Virus record (IMG/VR): IMGVR_UViG_2548876958_000016
Direction: 5' to 3' (one strand)
Origin: a virus
Taxonomy: Duplodnaviria; Heunggongvirae; Uroviricota; Caudoviricetes
DNA: 11,882 bases
Part shown: piece by piece, positions 1 to 6,707 of the stretch
How the letters are laid out: every line of letters starts with the position of its first letter
Position numbering within the stretch: position 1 is the first letter of the stretch
Translations under genes and position numbers: made by a program
The notes under the pieces: model-generated
Databases searched by the model: none
The model's input: only the letters and a program-made list of their open reading frames with translations
Told to the model about the DNA's origin: nothing

Positions 1-609
1 TTGTCTGGAGATTCAGGGGGCCAGTCTACCAAAGAACTGGGCGAATTATTGCAGGCACTGGACAAAAAAATATTCTCCCCCTACTACATCGCGTTAATCC
101 ACCTCCTGATTGTGTTCGGATGCCGGACGGTAGAACTGAGGTTATCGGAGATCAGCGAGTGGGATTTTACCGAAATGCTCTGGACCGTGCCGAAAGAACA
201 CAGCAAAACGAAGGTGGCAATATTCCGGCCCATACCGGAAGCAATACTGCCGTTCGTCACGCAGCTGGTGGAGCAGAACAGGCACACGGGCTTATTGCTG
301 GGGGAAGTGAAACAGGAAACAAGCGTGTCGCAGTACGGCAGATTAGCGCACAGGAGGCTAAATCACCCTCACTGGTCACTACATGACATCCGGCGCACCT
401 TTACAACGATGCTGAGCGATTTAGGCGTGGATCCTCACGTCGTGGAGCAGCTTACAGGCCACCAGATGCCAGGAATGCAGCGAGTTTATAATCATTCCCG
501 TTATCTGGATGCTAAACGCAATGCGCTGGATATGTGGATGGAGCGGTTAGGGATACTGGCGGGAACACATGAAAACGTAACCGCACTACCAGCAGCCAGA
601 AGAAAATAA
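1..609 (+). CDS. Tyrosine integrase (P4/CP4-57-like), C-terminal 202 aa; 5' end lies left of the window
   Basis: Frame-1 ORF runs from window edge to TAA at 607-609. Translation carries the tyrosine-recombinase catalytic box: HDIRRTF (His-x-x-Arg) and RVYNHSRY (catalytic Tyr). Followed in the same orientation by an alpA-like gene, as in CP4-57 (intA then alpA). Confidence 0.85.
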   Translation: MSGDSGGQSTKELGELLQALDKKIFSPYYIALIHLLIVFGCRTVELRLSEISEWDFTEMLWTVPKEHSKTKVAIFRPIPEAILPFVTQLVEQNRHTGLLLGEVKQETSVSQYGRLAHRRLNHPHWSLHDIRRTFTTMLSDLGVDPHVVEQLTGHQMPGMQRVYNHSRYLDAKRNALDMWMERLGILAGTHENVTALPAARRK

Positions 610-626
610 TTTTTTTCGTGTTTTTT

Positions 627-642
627 CAGTATGCGCATACTG
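627..642. repeat. Perfect 16-bp palindrome CAGTATGCGCATACTG just downstream of the int stop
   Basis: Read directly from the sequence; both 8-bp arms are exact reverse complements. No U-tract follows, so a protein-binding site is more likely than a terminator. Confidence 0.5.
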
Positions 643-665
643 GATAAGCACACAGATACAACGGC

Positions 666-705
666 GAACAATGTGAAACAACGTGGAACAACCACGAACA
701 AGAGG
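666..705 (+). repeat. Four helically phased (10-bp period) GAACAA-type repeats in the int-alpA intergenic region
   Basis: cGAACAAtgt / gAAACAAcgt / gGAACAAcca / cGAACAAgag at 665-704; the core recurs at 666, 676, 686 and 696. Same-face phasing suggests a cooperative binding array for a regulator or recombination factor. Confidence 0.5.
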
Positions 706-974
706 CGAAAAAGTACACAGGTTTATAAGTGACTGATTTTATTTGTGTGACTGTTTTTTTATACATTAGCGAATAACGCTTTAACGCGTGAGAAAAAAGG
801 CATGAAACAATATTTTATGCCTTTGTATTAACATGAATTTAAAAGATTTTATTCTTACTGTTTCATTTTCTGTAAATCATACATCCTCAATATTTGCCAT
901 TCATCACTCTAGCGGGAACAATACGACACAATAAGACACCTGATGACTCTTTAAGAAACGAAAGGGGGGCAATA

Positions 975-1163
975 GTGTTAAGCACTGATCGGTTTATACG
1001 TGAAAAAGAATGCGAAAAACTAACCGGCCTTAGCCGTACGTGTCGCTACCGCCTGGAAAAGGCCGGACAATTCCCATCACGTCGTAAACTTGGCGGTCGT
1101 TCCGTTGGCTGGTCTTTATCCGAGGTTCTGGCCTGGAAGGATAGCTGCAAGGCAGTTCATTAA
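975..1163 (+). CDS. alpA: AlpA-family phage transcriptional regulator / excision activator (63 aa from GTG 975; the track ORF begins at ATG 894)
   Basis: Translation VLSTDRFIREKECEKLTGLSRTCRYRLEKAGQFPSRRKLGGRSVGWSLSEVLAWK resembles E. coli AlpA (recalled motif ...ATIYDWLNPKSPRYDATFPKKRMLGVKSVGW..EAEIDEWL). Strong SD AAAGGGGGG at 961-969 sits 5 nt upstream of in-frame GTG 975, so the 894 start is probably too long. Confidence 0.8.
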   Translation: MLSTDRFIREKECEKLTGLSRTCRYRLEKAGQFPSRRKLGGRSVGWSLSEVLAWKDSCKAVH

Positions 1164-1309
1164 TCACGCTGGCGGCACGCAGCCGCCACACATCAATCAT
1201 CTGAACACAGAGCTATAACCATGAAGATTGAATATACGCCAGAACGTGGGCGGGGATTCGTTCGCCCTGGTGAAACTGAAAAACAACAAAATTGGGGTTT
1301 TTCAGGCAT

Positions 1310-1337
1310 AAAAAAAGCGGCCCCGAAATGGAGCCGC
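1310..1337 (-). terminator. Candidate intrinsic terminator for the leftward RHH operon
   Basis: On the minus strand, a GCGGC/GCCGC stem (1333-1337 with 1317-1321, 11-nt loop) is followed by UUUUUUU (1316-1310). The stem is only 5 bp, so it is modest. Confidence 0.35.
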
Positions 1338-1432
1338 CTTTCTGAACAGATAACCCGCTGCGCCGTTTGTGTGTGTGATCCCAAACATAAGAACGGCAAT
1401 GATAGTCGCTATCAGGCTGGTGGGCAATGCTA

Positions 1433-1621
1433 TCAGTCTGGTTCAGTTCGTTGCCATACCTGCAATGAGCGCTTTTCCCTGTACTCTTTAAGGAATTGCT
1501 CAAGGGCAAAAGCACATGGCGCGAATCTTTCTGATTCATGCTCTATCTTTCTGCGCCGTCTTTTCCGTGCCGGTGATAATGTTTTGGTCAATTCTTTATC
1601 GGTCATTGTGTTGTCCTGCAT
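1433..1621 (-). CDS. Hypothetical small basic protein (62 aa), second gene of the leftward RHH operon
   Basis: ORF MQDNTMTDKELTKTLSPARKRRRRKIEHESERF... starts 42 nt downstream of the RHH stop on the same strand, with a candidate terminator about 100 nt beyond its end. No recognisable SD and no family recognised. Confidence 0.4.
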   Translation of the reverse strand: MQDNTMTDKELTKTLSPARKRRRRKIEHESERFAPCAFALEQFLKEYREKRSLQVWQRTEPD

Positions 1622-1663
1622 AGCAATGCGCCGTAATACCTCACACCACGGCGCTGATAGTTT

Positions 1664-1837
1664 TTATCCTTTGGGTTCTATGCCGCGTTGCTGTAATTCT
1701 TTGCGGAGAACGCGTTTAATCCAAGTGGCTAAAGATGTGTCGCCATCGGCCTTAGCTGCTTCTTCTAGCTGCGCTCTGAAGTCTTCCGGTAATCGCATTT
1801 GGTATGGAGGCGAACGTTTTTCTAATGGTGTTGACAT
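1664..1837 (-). CDS. Ribbon-helix-helix (Arc/MetJ/CopG-like) repressor, 57 aa; below the 60-aa cut-off of the ORF track
   Basis: Hand translation of the minus strand gives MSTPLEKRSPPYQMRLPEDFRAQLEEAAKADGDTSLATWIKRVLRKELQQRGIEPKG. It has the RHH layout: N-terminal beta-strand (MRLPED), helix A (FRAQLEEAAKADG), helix B (SLATWIKRVLRKEL). SD AAGGG lies 8 nt upstream of the ATG. The gene is divergent from the replication operon and its start abuts palindromic operators. Confidence 0.75.
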   Translation of the reverse strand: MSTPLEKRSPPYQMRLPEDFRAQLEEAAKADGDTSLATWIKRVLRKELQQRGIEPKG

Positions 1838-1905
1838 GGTAATTACCCTTCATTACTATACCTACATGGTAATTACCATTGTACTTGCCATTACACAAAA
1901 ATCAA
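1831..1905. promoter_or_regulatory. Back-to-back divergent promoters overlaid by two palindromic operators
   Basis: Rightward promoter: -35 TTGACA (1831-1836), 17-bp spacer, -10 TACTAT (1854-1859). Leftward promoter (minus strand): -35 TTGATT (1905-1900), 16-bp spacer, -10 TACAAT (1883-1878). ACATGGTAATTACC occurs at 1834-1847 and 1864-1877, 30 bp apart; the second copy is a perfect 14-bp palindrome ATGGTAATTACCAT (1866-1879). The operators cover the rightward spacer and +1 region and the leftward -10. Confidence 0.55.
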
Positions 1906-2158
1906 CGCCCCGCAGTGCTGGGAACACATACGGGGCGTCTAACCAACAACGTAAACTAGGAGCCGTTATGGTTGCCGTAAATCATATACCACACCTTGTA
2001 CACACACAAACGGCCTTTGTGTGGCGTTTTCTGGCACTGAGTGCCGGAGAATCTCAAATAATCCACGTAACCGCCTGGACGGAACGCGAAGCGCGTAACC
2101 GTTGCCCGTCAGGTTGTGTTGCTGTATTCGCCGCCCGTATTCGCTAGGGGGTAGGCTT

Positions 2159-2392
2159 ATGAGCCAGGAAATCACACTACAACAGGCAGCAGAACGCGCC
2201 CACCAAATCGAAGTTATTTGCGCACTGGCAGAGGATTACCCTGGCATGATGACCGACAGCGAATCAGGGGCAATCATCGGCTTACTTAAACGCCTTAGCG
2301 GTGAGGTCTGCGTATTCCTGAGCGATGAACAGGAAAGAAGAACGCTTATTTCTAACGAAAAAAAATGCGGAGGGGTACACCATGTGCAATAA
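2159..2392 (+). CDS. Hypothetical protein (77 aa), first gene of the rightward early operon
   Basis: SD AGGGGG (2145-2150) 8 nt upstream of ATG 2159. Translation MSQEITLQQAAERAHQIEVICALAEDYPGMM... No family recognised. The 2102 start in the ORF track has no SD. Confidence 0.6.
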   Translation: MSQEITLQQAAERAHQIEVICALAEDYPGMMTDSESGAIIGLLKRLSGEVCVFLSDEQERRTLISNEKKCGGVHHVQ

Positions 2393-2828
2393 CATCCGTC
2401 CGGACGCAGCCGCCGCCGCACTCACTACGCTGATGCACGCGCTTATTGATATTGAATGCACGGCAGAGCTTGCACAAAAGGAAGAACGGGAGGAATACAC
2501 ATTGTTCGCCCTGGAATGTATCCGATACACCGCCACGCGGTCGCTGAATGACGCTAAAAATATTCTTGTTGCTGATTGTGAAAATGGGGGGGTTATGCGT
2601 GATGATCGTTTTAATTCCCTGAAACAGGAATTTTCCGGCGTTCCTGATGATGCGGCTGATGCGCTTTCGTCAATGCCAGAACTTATTAGAGCGGCTTTTT
2701 TCTTACTTTCCACGAGAGAATATAAATCAACGGGGCTTGATGTACTGAATATCGCCGCCGATTATGCGGAATATGTGGCAGAGGCGCGTTATAGAAGAAA
2801 ATTTCCTGAGGATGTAAGCCATGCGTGA
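2382..2828 (+). CDS. Hypothetical protein (148 aa)
   Basis: SD GGAGGGG (2369-2375), 6-nt spacer, ATG 2382; overlaps the upstream stop by 11 nt (translational coupling). Translation MCNNIRPDAAAAALTTLMHALIDIECTAELAQKEEREEY... No family recognised. Confidence 0.65.
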   Translation: MCNNIRPDAAAAALTTLMHALIDIECTAELAQKEEREEYTLFALECIRYTATRSLNDAKNILVADCENGGVMRDDRFNSLKQEFSGVPDDAADALSSMPELIRAAFFLLSTREYKSTGLDVLNIAADYAEYVAEARYRRKFPEDVSHA

Positions 2829-3054
2829 TATTTACCACCAAACAATAGACCGCGCATTTCTTGCACTTTCTCACAGTGAAAACATGCTGGAAATATTGCG
2901 CATATGGCTTGAAACACTTGGCGACAATGAACGCGACAAACAAAAATCAAGAATTGCCACAGCATTAATAACGCTTCTTGAGCCTGTAATAATGGAACTG
3001 CAAGAAATAGATCTATTGCACGACAGATATAAAGAACAGCACACCGGAGAATAA
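2821..3054 (+). CDS. Hypothetical protein (77 aa)
   Basis: ATG 2821 overlaps the upstream TGA (2826-2828), giving ATGCGTGA coupling. Translation MRDIYHQTIDRAFLALSHSENMLEILRIWLETLGDNERDKQK... No family recognised. Confidence 0.6.
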   Translation: MRDIYHQTIDRAFLALSHSENMLEILRIWLETLGDNERDKQKSRIATALITLLEPVIMELQEIDLLHDRYKEQHTGE

Positions 3055-3059
3055 AAATA

Positions 3060-3359
3060 ATGAAACTTAAATATTCTGGCTTAACTGCCAGTGGCAACAC
3101 TCACCCTAAATTTACGCGCGGTGATATTTACCGCGACCAGTACGGCGGCACGGTAATGATTAAGGACGTGGAAGAACGGCGCGTAACCTACCGCCGTGAA
3201 GGTTACGAATATGATTGCGTGATGCCTGTTTATCAGTTCCGGCGTGATTTTTCTCTGGTACAGACCGCGCCGCATAACGTGCCCACCAGCAACGCCAGGG
3301 CACGGGCAAACATCCAGAAGCTGAAAACCATGGTTAACGGATTCAGGGGCAAGAAATGA
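3060..3359 (+). CDS. Hypothetical protein (99 aa)
   Basis: GGAGA SD upstream of ATG 3060; its stop overlaps the helicase start (ATGA at 3356-3359). Translation MKLKYSGLTASGNTHPKFTRGDIYRDQYGGTVMIKDVEERR... No family recognised. Confidence 0.65.
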   Translation: MKLKYSGLTASGNTHPKFTRGDIYRDQYGGTVMIKDVEERRVTYRREGYEYDCVMPVYQFRRDFSLVQTAPHNVPTSNARARANIQKLKTMVNGFRGKK

Positions 3360-4756
3360 AAAGCGCACCGAACTTAAAAAAACAGCCTTACGACAAGATG
3401 ACCGAAGTCATTATTTTTGCGGGTAGTGATGCCTGGGCACATGCGAAACAGTGGCAGGAACAGGACGGGCGACTGGCTGGCGATAATGTGCCTCCCGTTG
3501 TGCTGGCTGATGATCAACTGGATGAACTGGCAGACCTGAGAATCATCGACGAGGGGCGCTATTGTGTCCGGCTGTACAAGGCAGGCCACATCAGGCCATC
3601 AAATATTAATGCCATTGCGCACAAGCTGGCGGCGGCGGGTGTAACTGATGCGAATTATTACCCCGAAGGGATGCACAGCCATATGCGGGAGAACTGGCGC
3701 GAATACCTGGAACGGGTGCGCGGGAAAGAGCCGGCGGAAGAAAAAAACCACCAGCGAAAAACCACGCTACCGATGAGCGTTGGATCTACCGGATACGACA
3801 CGCAACTGGATTACGTGGTTAAGGGGATTATTCCGGCGGTATCGCTATGCAGCATATACGGGGCTAGCGGGTCCTATAAATCATTCCTTGCCGGATCGTG
3901 GGCGTGCCATGTTGCCACTGGTCGCCAGTGGGGAGGCCGCAGGGTTGCACATGGTGCGGTTCTCTATGTGGTTGGTGAAGGCGGTATAGGTGTTCCGCGT
4001 CGTGTAAAAGCCTGGGAGGTTGTGCACGATGAGCAGGTGAAAAATCTGTATCTGGTAAACCGCCCCATCTTTCCGGCTGCCCCGCTTGATGTTGATGAAA
4101 TGGTTATCGCTGCCCGTCAGGTGGAGCGGGAAACGGGTAAACCTGTACGCATGATTATTCTGGATACGCTGGCGCGTTGCTTTGGTGGGAATGATGAAAA
4201 TGATTCCCGTGATATGGGGGCGTTTATCCGTGGTTGTGACGAACTGAAACGACGCACAGGGGCCACGGTGCTGGTGGTTCACCATTCCGGCAAGGATGAG
4301 ACGAAAGGCGCGCGCGGTTCCAGTGCATTTCGTGCTTCGCTGGATGCTGAATACCGGATACGCAGGGAGGACGCAGGAAGCGAAGCGCTGGTTATCTCAT
4401 GCACCAAAATGAAGGACGCGGAGGAACTCAAAGAAGCCGCATATGACTTACGCGTGGTGGAGCTTTTTACCGACGCTGACGGTGAATTAATCACGTCGCT
4501 GGTGGTGGTGGATGATCCGCGCCCTCCTGTTGAACTGGAGCGCATCGAGGAGGCAGGGAACAAGACGGAAAACCATACCGCGCTATGGGGGTGCATCCGT
4601 TCACGCACACAGAACGGCGACAAGTGCACGATCCCGCTGTTACGTGATGACATGAAAAAGCTGGGGTATGAAATGAAAAACTTCCGGCGCTGGCTGTACA
4701 AGCTGGAAAAAGATGGGGTTATTCGTATCGATGGGGATGATGTAGCGCCGCTATAA
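3356..4756 (+). CDS. Replication initiator/helicase, RecA-fold AAA ATPase (RepA/DnaB-like, PICI Rep-type), 466 aa
   Basis: Walker A GASGSYKS (within IYGASGSYKSFLAG), Walker B-like hhhhD (RMIILDTLARCFGG) and a VLVVHHSGKD motif typical of RepA/DnaB-family helicase domains. N-terminal ~150 aa is a separate domain, possibly origin-binding. Last gene of a coupled operon and immediately followed by an iteron array. Confidence 0.85.
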   Translation: MKSAPNLKKQPYDKMTEVIIFAGSDAWAHAKQWQEQDGRLAGDNVPPVVLADDQLDELADLRIIDEGRYCVRLYKAGHIRPSNINAIAHKLAAAGVTDANYYPEGMHSHMRENWREYLERVRGKEPAEEKNHQRKTTLPMSVGSTGYDTQLDYVVKGIIPAVSLCSIYGASGSYKSFLAGSWACHVATGRQWGGRRVAHGAVLYVVGEGGIGVPRRVKAWEVVHDEQVKNLYLVNRPIFPAAPLDVDEMVIAARQVERETGKPVRMIILDTLARCFGGNDENDSRDMGAFIRGCDELKRRTGATVLVVHHSGKDETKGARGSSAFRASLDAEYRIRREDAGSEALVISCTKMKDAEELKEAAYDLRVVELFTDADGELITSLVVVDDPRPPVELERIEEAGNKTENHTALWGCIRSRTQNGDKCTIPLLRDDMKKLGYEMKNFRRWLYKLEKDGVIRIDGDDVAPL

Positions 4757-4946
4757 AAGTGAGGAGCAAAAGCGAGGGGGATAGAAAGAGGGCCAAAATT
4801 AGCCCGCTCTCCCTCACTTTTCGACCTGTATACATCCTCAAAAGTGAGGGGTAAAAAAATACTTATGAAACACACACATAGAAAAACCGAAAATCCCAAC
4901 TGCGACGAAGTGAGACGCTTGAAAAAGTGAGGCGAAAAAGTGAGAG
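4755..4946. repeat. Iteron array (candidate satellite replication origin): repeated AAAAGTGAG(G/A)
   Basis: Direct copies at 4755-4764, 4840-4849, 4923-4932 and 4937-4946 (the last two 14 bp apart); a degenerate copy GAAGTGAGAC at 4908-4917; an inverted copy CCTCACTTTT at 4812-4821. All lie in the intergenic region directly downstream of the rep-like gene, the usual ori position in PICIs. Confidence 0.6.
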
Positions 4947-4956
4947 GTTGCGAGAA

Positions 4957-5208
4957 ATGACCCAAAAACGCAGAGACAGAACAGAGCCAAAATATAAAGC
5001 GTTAGACATGACTGAGCACACCTTAAAGGTGGCAATCAGAACGATAGACCGCCACACGCGGGAAGGATACGCGAAGGAACATCCCGACCTGATAAGCGCA
5101 TTCATGACCACGGCGGCGGCAAACTTTGCCACGCTGACAGAACGGGAGATTGCCGAAGCGGAACAGGTAACAACCATCAACGTTAAAACCGGAGAGGTGG
5201 AATTATGA
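4957..5208 (+). CDS. Hypothetical protein (~83 aa; track ORF starts at 4927 inside the iterons)
   Basis: ATG 4957 is the first in-frame start after the iterons; GAGG at 4943-4946 could serve as SD. The stop overlaps the ssb start (ATGA 5205-5208). Translation MTQKRRDRTEPKYKALDMTEHTLKVAIRTIDRHTREGYAKEHPDLISAF... An alternative start is ATG 5008. Confidence 0.5.
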   Translation: MTQKRRDRTEPKYKALDMTEHTLKVAIRTIDRHTREGYAKEHPDLISAFMTTAAANFATLTEREIAEAEQVTTINVKTGEVEL

Positions 5209-5615
5209 CGGCACAGATAGCCGCTTACGGGCGGCTGGTGGACGACCCGCAGGTAAAACAGACCAGCAAGGGCACACCGATGACGCTGGCGCGTATGGCG
5301 GTATCTTTGCCATGCAGCCAGGCACAGGACGGACAGGCGACGTTATGGTTATCGGTCATCGCATTTGGCAAACAGGCCGACTTCCTGGCTAAACATCAAA
5401 AAGGCGATGTTGCCAGCGTATCCGGCACGATGCAGGTAAGCCAGTGGACCGGACAGAACGGAGAAACGCGGCAGGGCTGGCAGGTTATCGCAGACAGCGT
5501 AATCAGTGCCCGCGCGGCACGTCCAGGCGGGAACAGACGCAAAACCACAGGCACACAGGGTAATCAGCCACCAGCGGGAGGCGATGACCCTTACGGTGAT
5601 GATATTTCGTTCTGA
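5205..5615 (+). CDS. ssb: Single-stranded DNA-binding protein (SSB-like OB-fold), 136 aa
   Basis: SD GGAGAGGTGG with 4-nt spacer. N-terminal GRLVDDPQV...LWLSVIAFGKQADFLAKHQKGDVASVSGTMQVSQWTGQNGETRQGWQVIAD follows the SSB OB-fold pattern (compare E. coli SSB GNLGQDPEV...[50 protein letters not shown]). A Gly/Pro-rich linker and acidic tail DDPYGDDISF resemble the canonical DFDDDIPF tail. Confidence 0.75.
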   Translation: MTAQIAAYGRLVDDPQVKQTSKGTPMTLARMAVSLPCSQAQDGQATLWLSVIAFGKQADFLAKHQKGDVASVSGTMQVSQWTGQNGETRQGWQVIADSVISARAARPGGNRRKTTGTQGNQPPAGGDDPYGDDISF

Positions 5616-5625
5616 GGGGGTGACG

Positions 5626-5898
5626 ATGGTACATGACCGCATAGCGGAGGAACTGGAGGCGAAAGGCTTTTACCGGAGGGCGGCGGCGCGATGGGGTGAA
5701 GTCATGCAGCTGGTGGAGACAGACAAGGAACGGCATCACATCACGATGCGACGGCTGGAATGTTCAAGGAAGGCACAGAGGGCACCGGAGCCGCCGGATA
5801 ATTTCGGAGACCTGAAAAAGGCAGTCGATCGCACTTATGCCGAAATGGGTATAGATGGTGCTGGTGATGAAATATGGCGCAATTACCAGGACAGCTAA
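5626..5898 (+). CDS. PerC-family transcriptional regulator-like protein (90 aa)
   Basis: SD GAGGGGG (5614-5620), 5-nt spacer, ATG 5626. Translation MVHDRIAEELEAKGFYRRAAARWGEVMQLVETDKERHHITMRRLECSRKAQ... matches the PerC-like motif (AEELEAKG-Y/W-RRAA-RW) as I recall it from prophage PerC homologues. The longer 5506 ORF in the track is an upstream extension overlapping ssb in another frame. Confidence 0.7.
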   Translation: MVHDRIAEELEAKGFYRRAAARWGEVMQLVETDKERHHITMRRLECSRKAQRAPEPPDNFGDLKKAVDRTYAEMGIDGAGDEIWRNYQDS

Positions 5899-5904
5899 TC
5901 AAAC

Positions 5905-5928
5905 AGCCGGAGAAATCCGGCTTTTTTT
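5905..5928 (+). terminator. Intrinsic terminator (copy 1 of a thrice-repeated GNRA-loop hairpin)
   Basis: AGCCGGA (5905-5911), loop GAAA, TCCGGCT (5916-5922), then a T-run ending at 5928; 6 nt after the perC-like stop. Confidence 0.7.
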
Positions 5929-6024
5929 GCACCAGTTGAAACGGTATGGCGCATTACCGGGTTTTCGTCACGGTCAGGCATAGTTACTATCTGAAACAAA
6001 CAGACACAACAGAGGAAAAAAACA

Positions 6025-6249
6025 ATGCCGATGAAATTTGATGAGATATTAAAACAGCGTGATAAATACCATGCTGACAACATGGAGACGATGAGCATCA
6101 ATGATTACCGCGCATTCCTGGAGACGGGCGCACTGATTGAAAAGGATCAGCATGGTTTTGTGAGATGTGCTCTATCCGGTGAAATGCTGGCGGTAAATCC
6201 TGAACAGATAGATGCATTGATAGAATTTCTGAAAGAGATCAGAGACTGA
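6025..6249 (+). CDS. Hypothetical protein (74 aa), monocistronic between terminators
   Basis: SD AGAGGA (6011-6016), 8-nt spacer, ATG 6025. Translation MPMKFDEILKQRDKYHADNMETMSINDYRAFLETGALIEKDQHGFVRCALSGEMLAVNPEQIDALIEFLKEIRD. No family recognised. Confidence 0.55.
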   Translation: MPMKFDEILKQRDKYHADNMETMSINDYRAFLETGALIEKDQHGFVRCALSGEMLAVNPEQIDALIEFLKEIRD

Positions 6250-6268
6250 GCCAGCACACAGCACACAT

Positions 6269-6291
6269 AGCCGGAGCAATCCGGCTTTTTT
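6269..6291 (+). terminator. Intrinsic terminator (copy 2 of the repeated hairpin)
   Basis: AGCCGGA (6269-6275), loop GCAA, TCCGGCT (6280-6286), T-run to 6291. Confidence 0.7.
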
Positions 6292-6300
6292 GCGCCCAAA

Positions 6301-6339
6301 AAAAGCCCGATAAGGTCAGAGGGTTCTTATCGGGCTTTT
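6301..6339. terminator. Bidirectional terminator-like hairpin (14-bp perfect stem)
   Basis: AAAAGCCCGATAAG (6301-6314) pairs perfectly with CTTATCGGGCTTTT (6326-6339) across an 11-nt loop. The A-run on one side and T-run on the other make it usable from either strand. Sits in tandem after copy 2. Confidence 0.6.
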
Positions 6340-6416
6340 GCATATGAGGTTTTTGGATGCACTGGCGTTCGTGATCGAGATAATCATTTCATAATTTGCA
6401 ACATAACTAAATATCA

Positions 6417-6477
6417 TTGCATAAAATGCAATTCTTATTATAATCAGGACTGGATAAACATCCAGTCCTGATTTTTT
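6417..6477 (+). promoter_or_regulatory. Candidate late (capsid-operon) promoter with a promoter-proximal hairpin plus T-run
   Basis: Perfect -10 TATAAT (6439-6444) with possible -35 TTGCAT (6417-6422, 16-bp spacer). An 11-bp inverted repeat TCAGGACTGGA/TCCAGTCCTGA (6443-6453 and 6460-6470) followed by TTTTTTT (6471-6477) lies between the -10 and the first late gene (ATG 6501). Confidence 0.45.
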
Positions 6478-6500
6478 TAGTCGAAGAGGAATTTCTTACT

Positions 6501-6707
6501 ATGGCTGAAGAGAAAAAAGGCGGTGTTTCGGTGTACATAAGCCCCGAAATCGTGGAGGTGCTCAAGCAGCGCCACAAAAAAAACTATGAAGCTGGCGTTG
6601 CGGCTGGACTGGATCCGCTGATGACGCCGGAGCCGTCGATAGGTTCACTTGTACGCTCTTATTTACTTGCGGCGCTTGGGATGCATAAAAATTATGGGGG
6701 TGAATAA
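6501..6707 (+). CDS. Small protein (68 aa), first gene of the capsid operon; possible RHH/CopG-like fold
   Basis: Translation MAEEKKGGVSVYISPEIVEVLKQRHKKNYEAGVAAGLDPLMTPEPSIGSLVRSYLLAALG...: a beta-strand (VSVYIS) followed by two helices resembles a ribbon-helix-helix, but this is tentative. Stop overlaps the capsid start (TAATG at 6705-6709). Confidence 0.5.
   Translation: MAEEKKGGVSVYISPEIVEVLKQRHKKNYEAGVAAGLDPLMTPEPSIGSLVRSYLLAALGMHKNYGGE

Noticed and set aside
1169-1188. GC-rich hairpin TGGCGGC-ACGCA-GCCGCCA just after the alpA stop, as a terminator
   Set aside because: No U-tract follows it, so it is not a convincing intrinsic terminator. It may be RNA structure or nothing.
1221-2147. 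308-aa plus-strand ORF, the longest ORF in the int-rep interval
   Set aside because: The translation is low-complexity and Cys/Arg/Ser-rich, has no SD, and runs antisense through the well-supported RHH gene and straight across the divergent promoter and operators. Treated as a spurious open frame.
4755-4946. Possible CRISPR array, given the short repeated motif
   Set aside because: The repeats are only about 10 bp with irregular spacing of 14 to 85 bp and mixed orientation, and no cas genes are present. The pattern fits replication iterons, not CRISPR repeats and spacers.
4279-4965. 228-aa minus-strand ORF
   Set aside because: It lies antisense to the 3' end of the helicase gene and the iteron array. 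The translation is Ser/Phe-rich low-complexity sequence typical of the reverse strand of a coding region.
5506-5898. 130-aa form of the perC-like ORF starting at 5506
   Set aside because: The first 40 codons overlap the SSB gene in another frame and have no SD, whereas a strong SD precedes ATG 5626. The shorter 90-aa product is taken as the real gene.
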